This document shows, piece by piece, positions 33,276 to 42,060 of a stretch of DNA of 64,000 bases; the first letter of the stretch is position 1; the number at the start of each line of letters is the position of its first letter. This DNA comes from Corallochytrium limacisporum Hawaii (Eukaryota; Protista; Pluriformea): positions 186,001-250,000 of the forward strand of contig PDIP01000003.1 in assembly GCA_002811645.1 (NCBI GenBank). The letters run 5' to 3'. Position numbers and translations under genes: made by a program. The notes beneath the pieces are model-generated. The model was not told where the DNA came from and searched no databases. It worked only from the letters and a program-made list of their open reading frames with translations.

Positions 33276-33513
33276 AGACAAAGGAGCCTTCATTATCCAT
33301 CAAGCATTTAATGGCAATGTCGTTAGAATAGAGAGTTTACATATGCATTTGCTGAACCTGCCCTGTGTGTGTCCCAGATTGCCCTTTCAAACAGTCCCTC
33401 CCTCCTCCAACCACAAGGGCATTTTCGGCGTTTGTGATAAGGGGTATTTCAACGACGAAATTTGTTTTGGAAGCGTCACTTCACTGAAGAACAATACGCT
33501 ATATTTCGTAATC

Positions 33514-34044
33514 ATGACTTCCTTCCGGAGATTTTCATGCGACGATCTTTTACATATGGCCAGGGTTAACCTGGATCCATACACTGAAACATATAACCTA
33601 GGGTTCTATCTTCAATATTTGGGAACCTGGCCTGATCTGTTCCGGATCGCCACTTCTGCCAGTGGCCAAATGATGGGCTACGTGATGGGAAAGGTAGAGG
33701 GTGTTGCAAGCGAATGGCATGGACACGTCACCGCAATAACGGTTGCACCATCTTATCGTCGGCTTGGCCTGGCGGACAAACTGATGACCTTCTTGGAACA
33801 GGTCTCAGATAACCGCTACAACGGATATTTTGTGGACCTGTTTGTCCGCATGTCCAATGTGGCTGCCATCAAAATGTATGAGAAACGCGGGTATGTAGTT
33901 TATCGAAGAGTCATTGGATACTACTATGGTACGAATTCAGAAGACGCCTACGATATGCGGTTGGCCCTATCAGCGGACAAGGACAAGAAATCTGTGATCC
34001 CACTTAAGCGGCCAGTGTATCCTGAAGAATTAGAAAAATGGTAG
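33514..34044 (+). CDS. NAA20: NatB catalytic subunit
   Basis: MTSFRRFSCDDL..VNLDPYTETY, WHGHVTA, YRRLGLA, FVDLFVR, EDAYDMR. Confidence 0.96.
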   Translation: MTSFRRFSCDDLLHMARVNLDPYTETYNLGFYLQYLGTWPDLFRIATSASGQMMGYVMGKVEGVASEWHGHVTAITVAPSYRRLGLADKLMTFLEQVSDNRYNGYFVDLFVRMSNVAAIKMYEKRGYVVYRRVIGYYYGTNSEDAYDMRLALSADKDKKSVIPLKRPVYPEELEKW

Positions 34045-34100
34045 GTGCCGAATCGCGGAATAACTTCATTAATGTACATCGATTATTTAATAACTATATT

Positions 34101-34436
34101 TTATGCTAAGATTGACTTCAAAGCTGCCTTAAGGTCACCTTTATGCTCGCGTAGACGGCGTGCCGCCTTGGTTTCAGACTCCTCAGCCTGCGCTGCGAGA
34201 AGTTCTACATCCTCCTGCTTGACGTCAATCTTCAGCAGTTGTGCTTCGTACGCAGCTGCAGCTTTTTCTTCTTCCGCAACTTCCTTCATCAACTCCTTTA
34301 GGCGCTCATCAGCTTGCTCACTGCTACCGATCGTTGCCTCCTCAGCATAGTCAGTGACCTTCTCCAGGTCTGCTGCCCCAGAATCATGCTTCTTCTGCTG
34401 ATCCTGCACTTCCTGTTCTGGTTCTTCGGCTGCCAT
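34101..34436 (-). CDS. HYPK: Huntingtin-interacting protein K (NatA regulator)
   Basis: KHDSGAADLEKVTDYAEE signature and C-terminal UBA-like EDVELL...ARRLREHKGDLKAAL. Confidence 0.92.
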   Translation of the reverse strand: MAAEEPEQEVQDQQKKHDSGAADLEKVTDYAEEATIGSSEQADERLKELMKEVAEEEKAAAAYEAQLLKIDVKQEDVELLAAQAEESETKAARRLREHKGDLKAALKSILA

Positions 34437-34792
34437 TTTGTCCAAATGAAAAAGTTGAGGATGTACTCGAAGGATTATATGCTCTTTGCTGTTCCATTGC
34501 CGCCCGTCGGGTAGTTAGTGTTTTGCCTGAAATACCCCGGGGCACACCGTGGACACGCGGAAACAGTGAGTAGGGAGAGGAGGGACTTCCTGATGAAGAG
34601 GGCCGAATGGGGGCGCACCAGGAACAAATTCAATGCTAGGAGAGGGAAGTTAGACTTTATGTTGACGCCCAAGATCACACGATGCACACGCAACGACAAG
34701 ATATTTAAGTCACCCTGAAAAAGACAGAGCGTGATATTGTGATACCCTTCGTCGGGTCAGCCTGCAGGCAAGCTGAACCCGACAATGTGACG

Positions 34793-34963
34793 GTAAGTAC
34801 ACATGATATTCAAGGGCCGTGCGCGATTTAACCAAGCTAATGATCATGATGATTATTAACACCAATTAACCTCTAAGAAGTAATGATGCGGCGCGACATC
34901 TTTAGCTCCCGGTGAATAGCCTACTAACTTTATTTTTTTTCTCTGCTCTTTATCGTTTTCTAG
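34793..34963 (+). other. 171-nt spliceosomal intron in an apparently non-coding plus-strand transcript (snoRNA host)
   Basis: GTAAGT at 34793, TACTAAC at 34922-34928, long pyrimidine tract, TAG at 34961-34963. Both flanking genes are on the minus strand. Confidence 0.75.
34803..34920 (+). ncRNA. Candidate box C/D snoRNA, U61/SNORD61-like guide for 18S rRNA
   Basis: CCTCTAAGAAGT (34870-34881) is the exact complement of conserved 18S ACUUCUUAGAGG and is followed by 1 nt plus ATGA (D/D'). ATGATGA box at 34846-34852. Intronic location. Exact ends uncertain. Confidence 0.65.
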
Positions 34964-35621
34964 AATTCGTCTTTGATTTAGGCTTTGAGTCGGCAGTGGA
35001 AGCTCCAGATCCCGCCGCATGAGCGGCAGCGAAAATCGCCTGCTGGAGCTCGGCTGCGGTTACCTCTAGGGCCTTGGCACGTGAACCGATCACTTCCATC
35101 AATGCCAAAGCGCATTTTTCATTGTATTTCAGTGGAGGGACTTCCTTGGCCGCTTCCAGGGCTTCATACACTTCATCAGCAAAGAAGGCGTAGCGATCCG
35201 GAGCAGCCACTTGCATCAATGCAGTTGCGGTGGCAGGACCGACTCCTGTGAGTTGAGTAAGCGTCTTCAGGCACCCTTTGGCATCGTCAATGTTCTTGAA
35301 TGCCTCTGTGGTCACAGATTTGACAGTTTTCGCATCATTGCGGCGAATCAAAGCCATCAGAGTCGGGCGAAACTTACCCCGAGAAAGCTTCCATTGCATC
35401 AGCCTTTCAAGCTCAGACTTTTCAATATACTTCGGCTTCCGTTTTGCCACTATTCCAGGCAGTGTCTCATGTAGCCATGCATCGAGTTCGATTAGTGTGT
35501 CTCCATTCTTCTTCGCAGAAGCTAAGGCAGAGATGCATGTTTTGTATCCGTCAAGGGATGTCCTGACCGCAGCCAAGTCAGCGTCCTTCCAAAGCTTTAC
35601 AGCTCCTGTGCGTCCAGGCAT
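34950..35621 (-). CDS. Helix-hairpin-helix DNA-glycosylase-like protein (uncharacterised eukaryotic family)
   Basis: ELERLMQWKLSRGKFRPTL, HhH motif LTGVGPATATALM, downstream FFADE. Confidence 0.8.
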   Translation of the reverse strand: MPGRTGAVKLWKDADLAAVRTSLDGYKTCISALASAKKNGDTLIELDAWLHETLPGIVAKRKPKYIEKSELERLMQWKLSRGKFRPTLMALIRRNDAKTVKSVTTEAFKNIDDAKGCLKTLTQLTGVGPATATALMQVAAPDRYAFFADEVYEALEAAKEVPPLKYNEKCALALMEVIGSRAKALEVTAAELQQAIFAAAHAAGSGASTADSKPKSKTNSRKR

Positions 35622-36020
35622 GTTGACTGAATGTGCGCGAACTCCAATGTTCCAATGTAATCGGACTTTAAACTTTTTATTATCGACCGTGCGTAAATAC
35701 CAGAAGCATATACTGAGCTACGCGTCCGGGCCCTGAGCGCGAAGGATCCCCCTCCCGTTCTCAGCCCTTGGGGCAGGGACTGGCTGAAGGAAATAACGGG
35801 GGGGCGACAAAAGCCACACTCTCGATTGTCCTCGGTATGGAGTCGAAATGGAGGTACGTACAAGTTATGGTACTTGAAATTTTTGTTCATTAAATCACGT
35901 TATCTATGCACATACACTCTATCATCTTGTAAGACAATGTAATTGAAGATCGAAAATTTGAACTTGAAGGAACCTGACAATGTAAGGGAGAACATATTTT
36001 TTCTGGAACCTTTCTTGAAC

Positions 36021-36635
36021 ATGGTAGAGACAGCAGAAATTAAGCCACTGCAGGGAAAGCAGAGGCTTCGAGTTTGTGTCGTATGTAGTAGTAATAACAA
36101 TCGTAGTATGGAAGCCCATTGTGTGTTGGTAAGACACGGATGGAAAGTCAGATCATTTGGAACAGGCAACTTTGTTCGGTTGCCGGGAGCAAACCGATAT
36201 GAGCAGAACGTGTTCTCGTTCGAAACTACATATGATCACATGTACACCCTCCTCAAAGAAAAAAATGAGCAACTTTATCAGTCTACAGGTATTCTGAAAA
36301 TGTTAGACCGAAACAGAAACTGTAAGCCTCACCCAGAACGCTTCCAAGACTGCTACGAACGCTTCGACGTTGTGATTGCATGCGAAGAGCGCGTGTTTGA
36401 TCAAATCTGTGAGGATTTGGCCTCACGAGAACAAGATGGTACAGAATGGGTACATGTCATTAACATTGATATCAAAGATAACCATGAGGAGGCAGCAATA
36501 GGTGCAGAGCATATCTATGAACTATTGGAGATGATGAATGCCAGCGATGACCTAGATTCTGACATTGAGGGTATTTTGCTGGAGTTCTACCATCGCTTTG
36601 GAAGACCCTTAATGCACCATGTCGGTTTCTACTGA
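36021..36635 (+). CDS. SSU72: RNA Pol II CTD phosphatase
   Basis: VCSSNNNRSMEAH, SFGTG..VRLPG, CEERVFD, DIKDNHEEA. Confidence 0.97.
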   Translation: MVETAEIKPLQGKQRLRVCVVCSSNNNRSMEAHCVLVRHGWKVRSFGTGNFVRLPGANRYEQNVFSFETTYDHMYTLLKEKNEQLYQSTGILKMLDRNRNCKPHPERFQDCYERFDVVIACEERVFDQICEDLASREQDGTEWVHVINIDIKDNHEEAAIGAEHIYELLEMMNASDDLDSDIEGILLEFYHRFGRPLMHHVGFY

Positions 36636-36788
36636 TGTACATGCAGCGGCATGCGCCAGGGCCCTGCTTGGTAAAGACACTCATTATAGCGTACGTACAG
36701 ACGACAGTAATTTTGCATCCATATGATTGAGGTGCTTCATCTTCAGCATTTATTTTTCAGATATTTTTGCTTTGTAGTACAATGACAC

Positions 36789-38075
36789 TTATTCGCCATG
36801 GACAGCCTTGAGCTCCTCAGCGTACTTATCTTTGTTGCGTCCCATGATCTCAACGCAAGGTCCAAGAAGTCGTTCGAAGGCGTCGACATTGAGTGCTGCA
36901 CACTTTACAGTACCCTCAGCGAAAATGCTAGCAGCACGTGGCTTCTTGTCAATGAGAGCCAATTCACCGAAGTACTCACCGGTCTGCAGTTTCTTGACCT
37001 CCTTCATATCTGATGAGCCGTCCTTAGCATTGACTTTGACGGTGACCGTGCCGTCTTCCACGAAGAAAAAGGCATCACCTTCTTCACCCTCACTAATGAT
37101 AGTGTCGCCATCCTGGTAAGTCTTGGTAACCAAAGCATCTGCAACCTTGGAGCGCTCAAAGCTGTCGAGGCCATCGAGCAGAGGGATCTTCTCAAGGAAG
37201 TCTTCGTACATCCGGCGCTTCTTAAATGTCGACGTCATGAGAATGCGACGGAAAGTGACACGATCCAAGGCCCACAGAATACCATCCTCGGTGCAATTAA
37301 TGGTTGCAGCACGAGGTTGGTTATACATGAGCGCGAGTTCACCAAAGGAGCCCTTTTGATTATAGCTGCCAACCTTTTTGAAGCCACCTTCGCCGTCGGG
37401 AATCAGAATTTCGTACACACCCGTCTGAATGATATAGAAGTAATCGCCGTCATCACCGTACTGGATCACGACTTCTCCAGTACTGCAGGTCTTCTCGAAC
37501 ATTGCATCCACGACCTCTTCCACCTGATCATCATCCAGGCCGCTGAAGAGGAAGGACTCCTTAATCGAAGCAAGAACAGCTTCCTTCTGTTCCTGTGTTT
37601 TTGGGTGAACAATGCGCTCACCGACCTCCATTTTACTGGGGTCCATGGACTCTGCAGAGACGCTGACCCTGCGACGTCCAGAGAACGCTTGTGGAGGGAA
37701 ATCGGGGATATCGCCCACGGTGTCGTTGTCCATGTTGTTGTGTTCTCCGTCGTCGCCGTTTGCGTTACCGTTCCTTGCTGGAGGTGCTCCTGAATTTCCT
37801 CCGTTTACAGGTGCACCGCTTGATGCGTTACTGTTGGAAGTGTCACCACTACTGCCCGTAATCGGTGCACGTGCGTTTGGGTTTGTGCTACCGGAGTAGT
37901 CAAAGTTTCCGCCGCCCTTAAGAGTTTGGAAATATTCGGCTGCGAACGCGACAATGTCGTCCGGCTGAGATCTGAGAACCTCGCGAGTAAACTTTGCTAC
38001 AAGGTCCTGAAAACCGTCTGGTACACTCAGGCGCTGTAACCTTTCGTCAACAGCGCTGCTAACTTGTCCGGGCAT
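36789..38075 (-). CDS. PRKAR2: cAMP-dependent protein kinase regulatory subunit, type II-like
   Basis: RII D/D domain (VPDGFQDLVAKFTREVLRSQP), inhibitor site RRVSVSAE, two cNMP cassettes (FGELALMYNQPRAA, FGELALIDKKPRAA). Confidence 0.95.
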   Translation of the reverse strand: MPGQVSSAVDERLQRLSVPDGFQDLVAKFTREVLRSQPDDIVAFAAEYFQTLKGGGNFDYSGSTNPNARAPITGSSGDTSNSNASSGAPVNGGNSGAPPARNGNANGDDGEHNNMDNDTVGDIPDFPPQAFSGRRRVSVSAESMDPSKMEVGERIVHPKTQEQKEAVLASIKESFLFSGLDDDQVEEVVDAMFEKTCSTGEVVIQYGDDGDYFYIIQTGVYEILIPDGEGGFKKVGSYNQKGSFGELALMYNQPRAATINCTEDGILWALDRVTFRRILMTSTFKKRRMYEDFLEKIPLLDGLDSFERSKVADALVTKTYQDGDTIISEGEEGDAFFFVEDGTVTVKVNAKDGSSDMKEVKKLQTGEYFGELALIDKKPRAASIFAEGTVKCAALNVDAFERLLGPCVEIMGRNKDKYAEELKAVHGE

Positions 38076-40917
38076 CAATAGAGTGGCTTATTACTCTCTT
38101 CGGTCCTGGTCTACTGAAAGATCCCGGGAACCCACCAATACAAATTGTTAAGAAGTCGTCAAATGGTTTACCAAAAACCTGTGTGCCATTTCAAATAGTA
38201 AGAGCGACGAGGGCAAGCTCATTGAGGACTTCTGAAAACGCTCCTGCTTTAAATTCTGTTGTTGGCTGCTTCCCACACTACTCGAAAAGGCTACTGAATA
38301 AGTCTTGCCTCAAGCAACCTCACTCCGTACCACCAACGGCAAAGCGCCAATTTTCCACGACTACAGCTGCCAAAGTGAGTCGGCCTTCTTCATCCGAGGA
38401 CCAACGGGTACGAATTCACCCACACCACAGCGCACCCCTCACAACAAGCTCCTTCCCTTCCCTGTACGATAGCCTGCTCCGCGGTTGCACGCAAGCCCTG
38501 CAGTATCCGCGCGCGCCCACTCCCGCCCCCTACGGGGGCCCCAACAGAAGGTCTTAACTTTCCTAAAATTTCTGAGGTGTACCCTCAGCTATTCTCTCTC
38601 GCCCCTCCCCCGCCCCTCCCCTGGGGGCTCTCCTTTGCCTTTTGCTGCCCCTGCCCCGAAAGCGCAGCGAACTCGAAAGGAAAACTTAGGTTCCACGACG
38701 GCGGAAGACGGTCCCCGAGTCAGCAGGAGGGGGACTTATTCTGCGATGAGAATCTCCTTCCCGACCGACCGTTCCAAGGCGAGATGGGATCACGAAGGAT
38801 ATAACGAAGTAATAGGCGCTCACCAAAGGGGGACAAGGGGAACCTTCCCCGTACCCTCCACTGACAGGACAAACAACGAAGATTCTCTCGTGCCCCTACT
38901 GTTTTTGTTTCTCCCAACCTGCAGAAAATGTACCTAGAATTTCGAGCTCAATTGTGATATACGGCAATATCGGCACACCGCACCAGTGCGAGTCCCGCCG
39001 CAGAGCGGAGGAAACACATAACTGACTGTTTTCGAATAGAATTAAAATGGCTTTGTTGTTGTGACTTTTTCGTCACCTCGTATGGACGGAATGCGGAAAA
39101 AGGCGGTAGCTGTGCATGATCGAAACTGGGGCAACGGCAGCGTATGGCACGGTTGAGGGTGCCATATGCGAACGAACACGCTTGTCTTTGTTGTGTTTTA
39201 CGAGATCGACTGAGGCATCATTTGCGCATGTGCAAAGCCTCAACGTACACGGACGGGGACCGGTGATCGATCATGTCTTTGGATACAGGTGCTGACTAGA
39301 ACATATCCAAGCGCCGGTCCAAAACCCGAACATTGGATCGAATTTGTGTTGGCTCGACTAGTTTCAAGTTTAGGAGCGTCACAGATAACGACTGAAACAT
39401 ACGCCTCGGTGACGATCGAGTGATCCTGAAACCCATGCACATGTCAAAGTCGATGACCTGTGCTGAACCTGGCACAGTGGCGTGTGGGTCCCAAACTGTT
39501 CTCGTTTGGAACATGGCCTTGTAAAGTTTGGTTGCAGTGCTGGGTCCGCGGCTGTTATGGCTCTGAAGCGCTACCATCGTAGCATCACAGCATAAGGGAC
39601 GGTTCACATACACAGATATGGAAAACAGACCACAACCGATGTCTCGACGAGCACGGCACTGAAAGATCATTTGCTAGCAAGAAGCTCAACACAAACTTAA
39701 CAAGAGACCCCGGAAAGCATCGTAGGTTCCCCTTTCCCAAGGCTTTGACTGTACCAGGATCCATGCGAGTGATACTGAATGTACCGGAGCGGTGGTCAAT
39801 GTGCTAAACAGATGAGGGGTTCAGCTTTAAATGTTTCATTAACCTTGCCAACGGGTTATTGCGACCGAGGGGGATTTCAGGCGGGTGGGTCAAGCGGAGA
39901 GTATTAGGCATCTAGATGTGGTTGCATCCATCTTAGTGGTACGAATATGTCAGATCCTTGGCGATTCGATACAATTTTGAATGTTTATTTGGAAAAGCTA
40001 GTAATTTTGCTTGAGATGTCAATATAATCATGGCTTGATTGCTTGCATCAGCGCATTGTCAGGTCCAGATGTGTTGGGATAGCGGGAAAGAACTCCCTGG
40101 GTCTGCATCAAAGTCAGGGCAGCCTTCAATGTCCAGCTCCATACGGTCCTCATAAAGTGGACATGTCTTTGTACGGGCTGCAGACGCAAGATTCATAGTG
40201 GAACCCAGTTCCAACAGAGCAAGGAGTACTGTCAGCTATACTGGCGGTCTGGAGTCTGAAGGGACGTCAAACGAGAAATTGGGAAGGAATAGGGATTCAC
40301 GCCCAAAAAAACACTTGAAATACACCCTCAGTTTGCTCTCTCAAGCAAAGGCAGACAGCAGGAGCAAACTCGATGGGAGTGGTACAGTGCAGACTTCAGA
40401 AAGCAAATATGCTCTACATAGGGGAACCTGGACCCGGCTGGAACTGACGGATCAGGAGAGTCGCAAAGCCTATCTGCACAAAGTACCGGTCCTGGCATGC
40501 GACTGCCCTACATAGGGTCAAGCTCGGTGGACTCTGTTGATGATAGCGTATTCAACATTGAACGGAAAGCGACCACTGACGCTGCCAAGATATTACCGGC
40601 TGTGGTCAAAGGAAATCTTGTCCGAATCAAAATATTACGCCGAGATCCACCTGACATCGGTGCACTCAAAGACCGCCGTGAACCTCCTGCCGAACGGTGC
40701 CAGGTTGGTCAAACAGTTCGGCGGCCATCCCCTTGTGCGATGCAGACCATAGTCAACGAAACGATGGACACAATGAAAAGCAAGGAAACTGAGGTAGGCA
40801 GCAATGCTGATGATTTAGATCGCTAGGCGGCCTACATTTGATCGCATCAACGTGATATAATAACCATCAAGCCCAAGGCATAATGTACTGTACAATTCAC
40901 TTGCAAGTGCTACTTCA

Positions 40918-41451
40918 TTACTGTGACGGAAAGTCAGGCTTGCCGCCCTTGCTAGCCTCGGCCAAAGCTGTAATCCACTGATTCAGGTATTGTTTGTCCC
41001 GTGCTCCCGCAAATTCACCAACCGGCTTACCCTTCCAGAACCCAAGAACCTTTGGAATTGCAGCCACCTTGTACTGTGCTGCAAGTTCGTCATTCTCGTC
41101 GACATCGACCTTGGCCAGGACAAAGTCATCTGAGCTGGCTTCCAAAAGTTCGGTTAGCGCGGGGGTTAAAAATCGGCAAGGTGCACACCAGCTGTGCATA
41201 TGATAAAGAGTATACAAATCATCTGGTTAGTATAATCCAATTCATAGTTTCTGAGGGTTCTACCCAATTTGGGTCTCAAATACTTACTCGGCATAGAAGT
41301 CAACGACTACTGGCTTATCGGAATCAATGACCGACTGCCATTCAGCAAAATTGACATCTTTGACTGTAACCTTAGTACGGACTGCCATTACGGTAGGCAC
41401 CGGGGACCGCATGGCCTTTGAAATCGCCCGATTCGCAACGATACGCAGCAT
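40918..41451 (-). CDS. TXN2: Mitochondrial thioredoxin, two exons join(41288..41451,40918..41191), 145 aa
   Basis: Presequence MLRIVANRAISKAMR..., then KPVVVDFYAD^WCAPC after removing a 96-nt intron (GTAAGT at 41287, TACTAAC at 41232-41226, CAG at 41192). Confidence 0.92.
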
Positions 41452-41697
41452 TTTGGAATGTCTATGGGCTTACAAGAAATCCTTTCCCGCTAATCGGTCA
41501 TAGTGTGGCTCGCCCGCGACTGTCAAATACATATCTGCCTCCTCCTAAGTACATGGTGGCCGCACGAGTCTCTGACAGTGTGTCAAACTAGTGGCCGTTT
41601 GAGGCCTTGCTGTCCTCAGTGGCCTTCCAGTCTTCTTTCGTCACCGCCCTCCCCATCGCTATCACTTTTGCCGGTGATTGTGGAGAGCCAAAATAGA

Positions 41698-41760
41698 CCC
41701 CCCCCCGGGGCCGCGGGGGGGGGGAGGGGAACCTCTCTGAGCCCCTGTTTTCGCGCCGAA
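41698..41760. promoter_or_regulatory. Trx2/RFC1 bidirectional promoter: C9...G10 tracts and E2F-type site
   Basis: C9-GGGG-CCGC-G10 at 41698-41724; TTTCGCGCCGAA at 41749-41760. Confidence 0.5.
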
Positions 41761-42060
41761 AGCTGGTGGCTTTTTCTATTACATTCACATTGCCGACCTC
41801 CGCTATGTACAGTGAGGTAAGGAGGAGAGTCCTAATGGGCTGGCGCAGTTTTGCGAAGCGATGCAAGCAACAAGGCCGCGAAATTGCATCGAGGCGTGGT
41901 TGCAGAACTTGCGATTTACCAATGCTGCGGTGATAAGATGCTTGGTGTACAGAAGCTACCAAAAGGAAATCACTCTTCAACCTAAACAGAGGTGGCATTC
42001 ATGACTAAGTCTTGTACGATACGGGCAAGACAACATAGACAGGCAAAAGTTTTGTAGCTC

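Noticed and set aside
40080-40421. In-frame TAG/TGA codons upstream of ORF 40497 as editing or readthrough sites
   Set aside because: Four stops in about 115 codons is near random expectation and the read-through peptide is unrecognisable; all real genes use the standard code.
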